Source of the DNA: the human T2T-CHM13v2.0 reference genome, Homo sapiens
DNA length: 64,000 nt
Direction: 5' to 3' (one strand)
Assembly (NCBI RefSeq): GCF_009914755.1
Contig: NC_060930.1
Position 1 is the first letter of the stretch, and each line of letters begins with the position of its first letter. The notes below the pieces were generated by a model. That model worked only from the letters and a program-made list of their open reading frames with translations, ran no database searches and was not told the origin of the DNA. Positions 31,005 to 43,150 of the stretch are shown here, in pieces. The translations under genes and the position numbers were made by a program.

Positions 31005-31208
31005 CATTAGTGTGATAAATGTTTAACAACCGGCTCTATGAAGAAAAAAAACCCTGATCTCCACTGTTTGCCAATTCCTATGGTGTAAATGCTCCCACCA
31101 TGGTGAATTTCAAGCTGCCAGCATGACATTACTGAATGTGAAGTTGGATAGACACGTGCAGCAGGCTCAGAGTCAATATAAGCCAAGCTGGCTCCCACAC
31201 ACCACCAG
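31005..31208 (-). mobile_element. MER63A-like hAT-Blackjack element
   Basis: 'taaatgtttaacaaccggctct', 'tggtgtaaat.ctcccaccatgg..atttcaagct', terminus 'cacaccacca'. Confidence 0.8.
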
Positions 31209-31250
31209 TTTGTGGCAACCTCAGGACAAAGATTCAGAAAGTCCACCATG

Positions 31251-31554
31251 TTTTTTTGTTTTTTGTTTTTTGAGACGGAGCCTGGCTCTGTCCCCCAGAC
31301 AGTTAGTGCAGTGTTGTGATCTCCGCTCACTGCAAGCTCCGCCTCCCGAGTTCACGCCATTCTCCTGCCTCAGCCTCCCGAGTAGCTGGGACTACAGGCG
31401 CCCGCCACCACGCCCTGCTAATTTTTTTGTATGTTTAGTAGAGACGGGGTTTCACCACGTTGGCCAGGATGGTCTTGAACTCCTGACCTCGTGATCCGCC
31501 CACCTCGGCCTCCCAAAGTGCTGGGATTACAGGCGTGAGCCACCGCGCCCGGCC
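31251..31554 (-). mobile_element. Alu (AluY/Sc-like)
   Basis: TSD ccaccatgttttt. Confidence 0.95.
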
Positions 31555-31959
31555 CCCACCATGTTTTTAAATGACACCAACTTTCGACTCAATCCTATCT
31601 TGGACTAAAGGCCAAAGTAAAGGCACCTGCAGAAAATGTTGCTACAGAGAGGCAGAGGGAGACGGAGAGGGAGAGGGAGAGATCTGCAGATGGTTCAGAA
31701 CAGGAAGATGAAGAAGGAAAGGGAGACCTGTGACCTGGGAAGACAGCTATCTCCCAAACGGAGGTGGAAAGGCTGCTTAACAGCTGGCTAGCCTCTAATC
31801 CTTACATTAATAAGGGCCACTGCCAAACTAAATGTTTAGGACGTTGTTACAAGCAAGTCAGCGTCTGCATGAAATGCTGGTTATATCCTCTGACCTTTCT
31901 AGCAATTTATCCTAATAGCTCAGAAAAGCAAAACAGGTATCTCCAACCCCAAAATAAAG

Positions 31960-32985
31960 AAGTTATAAGATCATAAAAATGTTAGAAGAAAACATAGGAT
32001 TTCCCCCCAGTCTTCCAGGAATCTTCCAAGCCTTAAAGCTAACATAAGAAATCATAAAAAAGAAGATTAATTCATACAACTCTAACCAAACCATACGTTT
32101 CTACATAACAAAAATATCATGTACAAAATTTAAAAAACCAAACAGCAAACTCGAGGAAAATGGTTACAAGTCATCCAGAAGGGTTAATTTACATCATACA
32201 TAAAGTGTACCTATAAATACATAAGAAAATAATGCTTCTCACAGCATATACACACACATAAAGGCAAAGGAAATGAAGAGACTGTTCAAAGAACAGGAAA
32301 TATGGATGGCTCAAAAACTTTCAAAAAGATGTTTAACTTCCTTCATAACAAGAGAAATGCAAGTCACAACCACCACCAAATACAATTTTTTGCACATCAA
32401 ACTAGAAAATATGTAAAGATTTGATAATCCCCTGGGTCAGGGAGGGTGTAGGGAACAGAACCACACATATTATTAGTATAATTGTGCATAGCTAAGATTT
32501 CTACAGAAAACACTCTGACAGTATTAACATAAAAATGCAGCCTACTTTCACCCTCCCACTTCTAAAAATGTCTTACACGTGTGCAAATGTCTGTGCATGC
32601 CAAGATTTCGTGATATATTGTGAATATAACAGCAAAGACTGGAGACAAACTTAATGCTTCCTCGGTAAGTGATTAGTTAAATAAATGGCAGTCCAGTCTG
32701 ACAATGGAATACTATGCAGACATAAAAAAGAATGAGTATCTCTATGTACTGATGTATTCATCTCCAGCATAAGTGAAAAAACAGTGTTTCGGGTACGCTA
32801 GTGTTTCTGAGACAAAATATGTAAATGAAAGTAGAACATTTCTGGAAGGGGATGTGAGAAACTGGTAACCATGGTTGCTTCTGAAGAGGGAAACTGGGGG
32901 CAGAGACAGAAAGAAATGTTACTTTTATGCTATGCTTTCTGTACAATGTACATGTATTACCTACTATAGTCAATTTTTAAAAATA
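31960..32985 (+). mobile_element. L1ME fragment
   Basis: 'tagaagaaaacatagg', 'aaaagatgtttaactt', 'acaatggaatactatgcag.cataaaaaagaatga'. Confidence 0.75.
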
Positions 32986-32996
32986 GATATGCATGA

Positions 32997-33365
<369 letters not shown>

Positions 33366-33699
33366 GTCAGTTCGGTATTAGGAAAAGAATTTAAGAACTT
33401 TTAATAAATCAGCAAAAATATCATGCATTTAAAATGTTTCGGAAGAAATGGACAAATTCTTTTGATGAGGTGTCAAGAAAATAGTAGATTCCATTAAATA
33501 AACACTTTGATTAGAACTGTGAAAACAGGTTTGTGTGTAAGGCATTTCAAAAGTGAAAACTAGTCATCATATGATAACTAGGATCATGGAATTGTGGGCT
33601 ATTTTTAAAAGTGTTACTGTTGCAATGATATAATTATTTCTAGTCTTAATTAAATTGTACTTAAAGTCACTTTAAATAACTTCTACTCTTTAGCCCTAG

Positions 33700-33955
33700 A
33701 AAAAGGATACAAATTACTTCCCAGGATATTTAAGCAACTTTCAGGATAAAGGTCAGAAATCTTTGCAAATTCATGAGAACAGAGGAAATGCTACCAGAAG
33801 ATTGGAGCTGGACAAACATCCTACATTTCAAATACAGAAAAAATTGGGGCAAGTTCAGCTGGCATTGATTATTGGCAAAAGTTCTAGAGATTACTCAAGA
33901 AAGTGCTGAGTATTAGAAACCAACAGATTCAGTCAGAACAATGCAGGATACACTG
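33700..33955 (+). mobile_element. L3/CR1 LINE remnant
   Basis: 'ccagaagattggagctggacaaacatcctacatttcaaa' reads PEDWSWTNILHFK, resembling the CR1 ORF2 motif PEDWRxANVxPIFKKG. Confidence 0.5.
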
Positions 33956-33970
33956 TGCAAATTATTATTA

Positions 33971-34257
33971 TTTTTTGAGACAGGGTCTCACTCTGTCGCC
34001 CGGACTGGAGTGCAGTGGCGCGATCTCGCTCACTGCAACCTCTCACTCCCAGGCTCGAGGGACTCTCCTGCCTCAGCCTCCCTAGTAGCTGGGATTAGAG
34101 GCGTGCGCCACCACGCCCAGCTAATTTTTCTATTTTTAGTAGAGATGAGGGCTCACCATGTTGGCCAGGCTGGTCTCAAACTCCTAATCTCAAATGATCC
34201 ATCCACCTAGGCCTCCCAAAGTGCTGGGATTACAGGCGTGAGCCACTGCACCCAGCC
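33971..34257 (-). mobile_element. AluJ-like
   Basis: 'gagacagggtctc', 'ggctcgag'; TSD tgtgcaaat. Confidence 0.93.
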
Positions 34258-34570
34258 TGTGCAAATCATTAAGCGCAATATTTGCAAGTCCATGGAGTCT
34301 TTGTTTTTTTGTTTTGTTTTGTTTTGTTTTAACTTTGTTGACTAAGATCTCAGAAGTATCTGAGAACTTGGGCTGCGCAGGGAATGCTGGTGTGGGAGAA
34401 GCAAGCCAACTGAGCTGAGCTGCGGCCCTGTTTGTCCTTAGCTCTCCAAAACTTGCTGTCTATGTCACTTGGAAGGAATTTGATTCTTTTCTGCAAGGCA
34501 CTGACAATACCTTACAACAGAGCTGGGAGATAAAATGCAGAGCTTGTGAAAGTCATCAGAAAGTTGAACA

Positions 34571-34992
34571 CAGATGGTCCCCGGCTTAAAACGGTTCAAC
34601 TTGATGATTTTTCGACTTGATGATGGTGTGAACACGATACACATTCAGTAGAAACTGTATCGATAAGGGCTGCTTTATTCACCAGAAGTGAAAAACACGA
34701 TGGTTGTGTGAGTATCTGAAGTACACAACCATTCTCTTTTTCACTTTCAGTACAGTATTCCGTAAGTCACACGAGATATTCAACACATTATAAAACAGAC
34801 TTTGTGTGAGATGATTCTGCCCAACTGTGGGCTAATGTGAGTGTTCTCAGCACATCTGAGGTAGGCTGGGCTAAGCCAGCATATTCAGTAGGTTAGGTGT
34901 ATTAAATGTATTTTCCACTTTCAATATTTCCAACTGATGAGGGGTTTATCTGGACACAAGACACAACACCATCCGAAGCAGAGGAGCATCTG
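34571..34992 (-). mobile_element. MER47 (Tigger5-derived) DNA transposon
   Basis: TIRs cagatggtcccc.../...gaggagcatctg followed by TA; internal 'gtaggttaggtgtattaaatg'. Confidence 0.85.
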
Positions 34993-35072
34993 TACCTGGT
35001 TCTTGTACAGAACACATGGCACACTCAACTGTGTGTTCACTGACTTAAAATCCATGATTGGCACCTGCTATT

Positions 35073-35383
35073 AGTCTGGCTGGTGGCTCACACCTATAAT
35101 CCTAACACTTTGGGAGGCCGAGGCAGAAGGACAGCTTGAGGCCAGGAGTTCAACACCAGCCTGGGCAATATAGCAAGACCCCCCTCTCTACAAAAAAATA
35201 AAAATAAAAATGAGCCAGGTGTGGTGGTGCATGCCTGTAGTCCCAGCTACTCAGGAGGCTGAGGCAGAAAGATCACTTAAGCCTGGGAGGTGGAGGCTTC
35301 AGAGAGCTGTGATATCGTACCACTGGACTCCAGCCTGGGCAACAGAGCCAGACGCTGTCTAAAAAAAAAAAAAAAAAAAAAAA
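35073..35383 (+). mobile_element. AluJ
   Basis: 'gcttgaggccaggagttc', 'ctgggcaatatagcaagaccc'. Confidence 0.93.
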
Positions 35384-35559
35384 GCCTAGAGACTGACCTT
35401 GGGTTATTATTCTTAATCAAAGAAAATAATGTATATGAAATGTTTTATAAACTATAAAGGGCTGCACAAAAGAAACTGACATTAGTGTTGTCATTATTTT
35501 GAAGGCATTGCAGATTCTGCGATGCAAATTCTGGTACCAATAACAAATACAAAGGCCAA

Positions 35560-36250
35560 GGCAAAAAATAAAAAGATCCTAACGGGAGAGATCTAGAAAC
35601 TCAAAATTGTTAAGATGAAACCTAAGTCATGGTCATGCTACATGAGCCTAAAACTGAGAAAATCCTGATTTCATCCACCACTCCCAGGAAAACAACGTTG
35701 GAGGGGTTGGTGATCATGGTCTGGAAGCAGAAGTATGTCATGTCTAGTTTAAGCCTAATGAATCAACTCTAGGTTGCAGTAGGGGAAGGACAGTATCCAT
35801 CAATCCCCTCTTTGGGTTAGAACACACAGGGCCTGGCTGGGTTGGATTCTGGGTACCATGCTTAAGAGACACACATGCCAACCAGAGCGATAAGTATGGC
35901 AAATTTTTGCACGTATGGAATAGCTTAAGTACTGTAGATTTTTCAGCCAGGAAAGAAGCTATTGAAAACACATTTTATTTAAGAAATAATTTTTTAAAAA
36001 AAATTATTCTGAGGAGCAAGTGGCACAAATAGGCATGAGTTAACCTGAGTTTTATTTACCAAAGTGTGCCTTCCTGCAAGGAAAAGCAACTACGGGATGG
36101 ACTAGCTGCCTTGTTAACAAAGCACTCCCTTTCCATCGATGGAAGTGTTCAAACTAGGATGGATAACTTCATGTTAGAGATATCATGCAGAAGGCGAGAG
36201 AGGCTGGTCAGCCCTAAGATCCCTTTTAACTACAATAACCTGGGATTCTA
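35560..36250 (+). mobile_element. L3/CR1 3' remnant, possibly the same element as 33700-33955
   Basis: 3' end 'ggaagtgttcaa', 'aagatcccttttaact...gattcta' resembles the L3/MIR3 tail. Confidence 0.4.
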
Positions 36251-38650
36251 ACTGGCTTGACAGTTTCACGTGTGTAGGTAGGTGCTAGGATACCAGCAGC
36301 CACATGAGAAAGAGGTCCAGAACTGTGCCTGGTAGCTCTTCTGTCTTCCTCTCCCTATCTGACACCTAGGGACAGAATGGTGCATATATTGTAGGGCACA
36401 CACACGCTAAAGGATACATACTAAATACAGGATACATGCTGAAGACAGCATGAGGCTTATTTGCAAGGGAAAGATCATGGAACAGAGCAGGAAAGAGGCA
36501 CAAAAGGCAGCTTCTCAAACCCTGAGCTTTTATCCACTGAGAGAAGGCAAAGGCTCCTTCCACTTTCTGCTTCTACTTGGGATGTGGGCTGACAAGCACC
36601 TGACCCCTGGAACTCCTGCACTCACCATAGTGTACATCCCACATTAGTGCATCTGATACAGTATTCAACATACACAGCAGCACAGGAAAAGTCTGCCTTC
36701 CAACATGCCAAAATGTGCTTGAAAAGCTCTTTGAAGCATTTGTTATGTGCTTGAAACACACAGAACACTGGGAAGGCAGTCCTTTATTTAGATCTTTTTT
36801 GTCTGTGAAAATCAATATGTCCTTTCTAGGCTTTACTGTATAAGAAAATGTGTGTCTAATTATTGTTCCCAGGTTTCCCCTCTCAGTCTGGCCCAGTAAC
36901 TGCAACGTGTCATCAAGCATCACCCAAAACATGCCACACACATGAGGGCTGTCTGTGACCCTCTCGAATGCTAATTTAGAAAAACTGCCCAGCTCTCCAA
37001 TATGCCTCCATAGTCTGCTTTTAAGAACTATTTTTGTTCTCTCCTCCCACCGTGCATGGCTGAGTGTGAATAGCTGTTTCCTGGGTCCTCACTGCCAAGG
37101 TAATGGCACTCTATCCCATCTCATCACTTTCAAGTTCACCTCTACTTTGACCCCAGGACACAGCGCTCTTCACACATACTCACTTTGATCCATTATTCTC
37201 CCTCTGCTCTAGAAAGACACTTGAAATACTTAACAATGTTGCCAAATCCTCAGTCTGTCAGACATACACAGTGATTTAAATAGTCATTGTTCTTAATTTT
37301 TCTTTGCTGCTAAACCAACAAAGAAATATTGCCCTCCGTGAAGGGAAAACAGTCACAGAAACACCTTTAGAAAGCAGGGGGTAGGAGGTGGGTGGGATCA
37401 AGGTGAACCCAGCTAGAAGGACCTTCCCCATTACCTTGCAGGGCAGCAGGGGCAGCTCAGTCAGACAGTTCCCACAGGACAGAGCATTTCTGGCCAGGTT
37501 GGTACAAGATTAAAACAATGATTATGATGATGTAAGAGTTTATCTTACACATCCATTAGCTACAACTGTTAACCAATGCACACGGGGGGAGGAGGTTACA
37601 TGCACATTGACTATTTAAAACTGTCCAATTTCATACATTTCGACAAAGCATTTAAAACTCTGCCAGAACAGCCCAGAATGGGTAGCGGGTGGGGTGGAGG
37701 AGAGTCTGTATTTACTTTAAAATGTGAATTAATTAGTTTAGACACAAGGAGCAAAACTACAAATGTCTTGATATCTCTTATATGTTAAGAATAAAATTAC
37801 AGCTGTCTAGGGGCATTGAGTGTCCACCATTGCCCACTCTGTGTTTAGGCCTTCACACTTGTCTCACAACTCCCTTCTGCTACATTTCACACCACGCAAT
37901 ACCTCTGCAAGGGAGCTTTAGCTACAGGACTCAGAGGACAAGGTGCATGTTTCAGCTAAAGCACACCCCCGTTCTCAGTGCCTCAGCCCAAAGCAGCTGC
38001 TGTGTAAGAGCGGTGACGGCCGGGGAACACCCAAATGACATATTCTCCGCGTCCTTCCTATACTGTAGTGATGTTTACTGAAGTGCTGAGAAAACATGGG
38101 AGGAGACACTGGGGTAGCAAAGCCTAAAGTCAGATATCTTTGGGGAGGACTAAGCATCGGCTGCGGGTTGGGGATTTGCAGGAGTCTTTGCTTCTCTGGC
38201 TCTCCAGTTCTTTAGTAGGCTTTACCTGTGTCAAAATCAAGTGCGAGATGGAAGACTATTGCTTTGTGGGAGACCCAGGGACAACTAGCCGGGCAGAACA
38301 GGGCTGTGGTCCCGACTCCCCCAGCAGACCTTGAACGACGCCAGTCCGACTCCTCCAGAGGGGGCTGGTGACAGGTCAGCTGCCTCGCCCCGAGGGTGGG
38401 GGAAGGGCGCGCTTTCCATCCGCGTACTGGGACAGGAGTTTGGGTGCAAACTAGTAAAGGCTATGGTGCTCCCTTTACACCCAAGTAAAGGCATGTGGTT
38501 TGGGGGACGGAAGGAGATTAAGCCAATGCGGAATGCCCTACACACACTCTAGCACCACCACTTTGGGGACTTCGGTTCTCCCGCTGGCTCGGGCTTGGAC
38601 CTCGGTCTGCAGGGAGAGGGTTGGAGGGACTGGGCGGCTGCGGCCCTTAC

Positions 38651-39304
38651 CTTGCTGACCACGTTCTGGACGAGGCCGGCGCGGATGCCGTAGTCCCATG
38701 CGCGGCAGTCACAGTTGGAGGCGTTGTCCCCCTTGTCCGGAGGGGATGGCAGGGGTGGTGTGTCGCCTCCGTCCGCGCCGCTGCTGTTGCTCCGGTTGCC
38801 CGCAGCCTCCCAGGGGGCAGTGGCGAAGGGGGTGGTGGGGAGGCTGGTCCAGTTGCCCATGTCCCCGCCCCGGCCTGTGGTGGTGACCCCTGCCAGCTCG
38901 GTGCCTTTGCCGGCCCCGCGGCACCAGAAGTTGGGCTGGTCCAGGAGGAACGAGTCCGAGAACTGGCTGAAGCCGATGAACAGCGCCGGGATCCAGGTGA
39001 GCAGCACGAGGGTCTTCTGATAGCCCCCGCCCAGGCCCCCGAGGAAGGGCAGCACCGACCCGTCATAGTCCAGCAACAAGAGGCTCGGGGCCGCAGCCGC
39101 GGAGCAGCAGCTCGGGTGCGGGCCGCCTCCAGGATGCAGTGGGGGCAGCGGCTGGATCTCCGCGCCGCCGCCGGGGCCCGCGCGTCCCCCGAGGGGCGCC
39201 GAGGCCGCCGCGTCCCCGGGCGGCAGGGAGCCGTTCTCCTCGGCCGGGGCCGGCTGCCGCCCAGGCCCGCCGCCCGCCGCCTCGCGCCGCCGGTCTATGG
39301 CCAT
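38651..39304 (-). CDS. SLC22A23: SLC22A23 coding exon 1 (218 codons; N-terminus, TM1 and large extracellular loop)
   Basis: Translation MAIDRRREAAGGGPG...DYDGSVLPFLGGLGGGYQKTLVLLTWIPALFIGFSQFSDSFLLDQPNFWC...NCDCRAWDY...VQNVVSK is the recognisable SLC22A23 N-terminus. It has an SLC22-type GxxGxxQ motif before TM1, loop cysteines and N-glycosylation sequons NWT/NRS/NSS/NAS. Start context is GCCATGG. The exon ends in phase 0 at AAG|GTAAGG; 654 nt. Confidence 0.96.
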
Positions 39305-39837
39305 GGCCCGGGCCCGCGGCTCCCGCAGAGGCGCATAGAGCGCGGCGGAGGCTCCGCGGGCGCCCCGGGCACAGCGCGCCGGGCCAGGCGCCTGCAGCCG
39401 CTGCCGCCGAGGAGGGCCCGCGGCTCGAGAGAGAGCGCTCGGCGGCTCCGGGTGCGTCAGGCCGCCCCCATGTCACCCGCCGGACCCCGCGCCCCGGGCG
39501 CTGCGGCCCCGCTCGGGCGCCGGGCAGAGGCGGGCAGAGGCCGGCCGGGCCCTCAGCCGCCGCGGCTCATCAGTTCCGCGGCCCGGGCGCCGGCTGCCGA
39601 GCCCGCCGCTCTCCGCTGCTCCGCGCCGGACGCGGCAGGAGGAGGAGCCGGCGCCGCGCCCGGCCCGCGCCCTTGCCGGCGGTTCAGGGCCCTGCGGGCG
39701 GCGGTGCGGGCAAAGGCTGCTGCTCCCGGGGTGGCCGCGCTGTATTTCTCCGACTTCGGGCGCCTCCCGGAAGCCGCGAGCTCTGGACCCAGGCTGCCGA
39801 GCCGGCCGCGCTCTCCAGCTCCTGGAGCCGGCCCCAC

Positions 39838-39861
39838 TCCTCCTCCTCCTCCTCCTCCTCC
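39838..39861 (-). repeat. (GGA)8 / (TCC)8 trinucleotide tract
   Basis: Eight perfect TCC units on +, followed by C-rich runs. Confidence 0.95.
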
Positions 39862-42489
39862 CCCTCCTCCCTGCCCCCGGCCCGCCCCCTCTCCCCCCGC
39901 CGAGGTGGAGGTAACCGCGGCACCTGCTGCGCTCGGCTCCTGCTCGCGAGCGCCCCCTCCAGCCCGGACGCGCGGCCGCCGCCGCCCGGGATCCACGGGA
40001 GGGGGGCGGGGGAAACGGGACACCCCGGGCCCGCCTGGCTGGAGGATCCCCTGCCCGTTGCCCGTTTCGCGCCGGGCGGGGCGGGGGAGGAGGAGACGCG
40101 CGTAGCAGGGGTCGCCGGCCGGCGACGGGTCCCGGCAAAGTCGGCGTGCGCTGAGAACGTGTGGGCCGGGTCTTCTCTGAGGCTGGGCTCCCGCAGCCGC
40201 GCGGGCCCCCCACCCACTCCGCGCGCGCCAGGTCTCCGTGACCTCTGTCTCTTCAGAGGTGCCCGGCGGTCCCGCTGCCCGCGCCCCGCTCCCAGTCCCA
40301 AGCCCGAGGGTCTTCAGCCTTCGGGAACAACCCTCTGCGCTTTTTCCAGGAGCGAATAAGGTTGATTTTTGTGTCCGTGGAGCAGGGTCAAGGAGGCGCC
40401 TTTGCCAATTTCAGGTCGCCAGTCCCCCGCAGTGTCTGGCCACCTGCGACCCGCCGCACCCACTCCCAAATCGCCATTTCTTCCCCCACTCCTAAGTGCA
40501 TGCGATGTAAGCACGATGCTGGGATATATCTCCAACACAAGTTATAATACACACAGTATAAACGTGATGGCATTCCCCACCCCCTCCCTAAGATCTTGTA
40601 TTCACGTTTGGAACGCCGTGTGCACAGGCGCACACATCTATACTCTCACACAAGAAGACAAACCTCTCCCTCCTCTCCTGCTCCAGCGCCAACCTTGCCC
40701 AGCCAGCGCTGTATAAATAACACCAGCCCTGCGGCAAACGGCTACATTAGCATATTTCCTCCTGCACCCAGCGCACGCACCAAAGAGAATTATCCGGCAC
40801 CTTTCAACCCAGCGTCCCCACATTTTGGAGGCATTTCATATTCTGAGAAGTTTATTAATGGAAGTCTTAAATGGAGCAATCCATTTCTAGTCTTATTTGG
40901 GGCAAAAAAAAAAAAAAATGTTTAGCTTTCCAAAAGGATATATTCTAAGCTCCATATACTGAATGTATTCTTTTGCATTTTCATTATTTGCTCAGCTAAC
41001 CGCTGCACAATTTAGTGGAATACATTTTTAACCTGCAGTTCAGTGTTAAGGGCAACATGTGTTTACTGCATAAAATGCTGGCACATACGTACCAGAGAAC
41101 TATTTCTGAAGGCTGCCGGGGGGCGGGTCTTGGGGGACAGGGGAGGTTGTGGACCTTCCTGCGTGGCCGAGAAGGGGTGATTAGATAACAATGGGCGGAA
41201 GGGGCCCTAAGGGCTGCAAAAGACACCAGACCGCTGAGAAATGGGTCTGGAAACCACATATATAAAGAGCTGGGGGCTTGGGGCGGGGGGGGACACGATA
41301 GTGCACGTTGTGTACGTGGTAATTTTTCAACTTCACATTATTTATTAGCTTAACTTTTCTTTTCCTTCCCTCTCCTCCCCTCATTTGAAGAGCTAATACA
41401 TGCAAAGTTCTGACCTCCATGCCTGGAACAGAGTAAGTGCGCAATGAATGTTAGACATGTATTATTACCAGTGCTCCTCTTGCCATTACATACAATCCAC
41501 ATTTCTTTTTGAATTGAAATATAACTTTACGGATTTTATTTATTTTCCTTTCAGTGGCTGATTTTCCAGAAGAGGTCCACTTTGTGTCTGGCTCTGCCTC
41601 CCTTCCCCCACAGTCACAAGGACCCATTTGTTTTCTTGTAACTGATCACAAAAGGAGCATTGCCATTGACCTTAATGGCCCTTCCAATCAGAATAACTAT
41701 CATAGCCAGCGTTTCAGAGTTGGCTTTCAAATTCACACTCTCACTCAGTCCTCACATTCAGCGCCCCAAGAAGTGGGCTTTCAAAGAGAAACAGCAAGGA
41801 TCAGGTGACTGACTACCAGATCAAAGAGTTGGTCCCCAGCTGAGCCAAATATCTGGTTTTGAACCCAGATTTTCTGACTGGACATTACCGGATTTCTCCA
41901 TTTCATCATACAGGGGCAACTATAGGGAAGAGTTTACAAAGATGTTTGTTAATGTGCATTTTTACGTGGGAGAAGCCCTGGCCCTAGGAAAAGAGTTTCA
42001 TTGTGAAGATGTTATTAGTCTTTGTTCGCAAAAGGTGGTAAAAATCCTCAAATGGTACATTCTTAGAATTTAGGGACACACTGGAAAATGGTATCCTCTA
42101 AAACTGAAGCTAAAAGGAGGCAACATAAAATGTTTGAAATTAACTAGCTGCAGCACTGACCCAGGCATTGTAATTAAGCTGTTGATTAGATTAGAGGTTT
42201 CCCTAAATTCCTCCTGGATTGATATTTCCACCAAATCTAGTCAAGAAGATTAAAGTGTAACTACTTTAAAATAAAGTGGCCTTCAATTTATTAAAACATA
42301 CCACAAGTGATCTCATAACGTGAGCAAAAGGAGTAAAGAGGAAGAATTTGACACTCTGACAGCCTCAGTGGGTGAGGTTTGAGATCCATGGACCAGGATA
42401 GGAAAGCCAGACACCTGTTAAAAAATTACTGTTTTTAATTTTCTGAATGAGCATTATCATCAGCTGCTATTTTTCTTGTTTGCTTAGTT

Positions 42490-42622
42490 AGATTTACGTT
42501 CTGCCTCTAGAATGTAAGCACCTTCGGGGATAGGTGCCTTGTGCTCAGCTGTATGCTTGGTGGTTAAAACAGTGCCTGGTACATGCAAGGCACTCAATAC
42601 ATCTTTGTCAAATAAATGAGTG
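42490..42622 (+). mobile_element. L2 3' end
   Basis: 'ctagaatgtaagc', 'acagtgcctggtacat..aggcactcaata'. Confidence 0.75.
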
Positions 42623-42839
42623 TATCAAGTTATTAATCACTTGATGATACTGTCTATTCAAATCATCAAACTGTTTACTTTGTTTCTTAAATCATCAAGC
42701 AACCTTTTTGTGTTTGTTCATCTCTCAAAGATGGTGCTCAGATCAGCCAACATGAGACTTGAAATGAATTTGACAATTATATGTCTTGTTGTAAGGCATT
42801 GTGGTTACTGGATTAGCTCCCAATATTATCTTCTCTTGG

Positions 42840-43150
42840 GCAGTATTGGCTTGCAGATGGTGGCTTATAGGCCAAATGCAGCTCACAGACCATAGGCAAT
42901 GTTTTCAGGAAAATAATTGCTAACATTTCAAAATTGGGAGATTGAATACTTAGAAAAAAATGTGTTTTGGGCTTCTCTGAACATCATAGCAGAAGCCATT
43001 GTCCTTTTGATGCCCCATGTTTGCAGGACCGTGCTTTCTTGGACTGCAGTAAATGAGCAGGCACTCTCCAGCTTGCCCTCATCCCTGCCTGACACATGCC
43101 CCTCATGCATGACATTTGGCCCCCAAAAGTAGCTGTGTTTGTGACCCTAA
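42840..43150. mobile_element. Degraded hAT-Charlie element (MER102-like)
   Basis: 'aaaattgggagatt...ggcttctct' and terminal 'tttgtgaccct' resemble MER102; recalled, not aligned. Confidence 0.35.

Larger units (their letters stand above)
38300..40460. promoter_or_regulatory. SLC22A23: CpG island promoter and 5' leader of SLC22A23
   Basis: Very high GC and CpG density, several GC boxes (e.g. cccgcccc ~39881, ggggcggg ~40002 and ~40078), repeat-free, spans the first exon. The TSS cannot be fixed from sequence; probably ~39.7-39.9 kb. Confidence 0.92.

Noticed and set aside
36411-36446. Degenerate 18-bp tandem duplication (aggatacatactaaatac / aggatacatgctgaagac)
   Set aside because: Old two-copy slippage product with no functional indication.
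38549-38650. C-terminal part of the 251-aa ORF (VRAAAAQ...KWWC)
   Set aside because: Read-through into intron 1 past the AAG|GTAAGG donor.
38621-40359. Long plus-strand ORFs (494 aa, 406 aa) and further minus-strand ORFs across the CpG island
   Set aside because: Ala/Gly/Pro/Arg-rich low-complexity products expected from stop-codon scarcity at very high GC; antisense to or overlapping the real exon; no recognisable domain.
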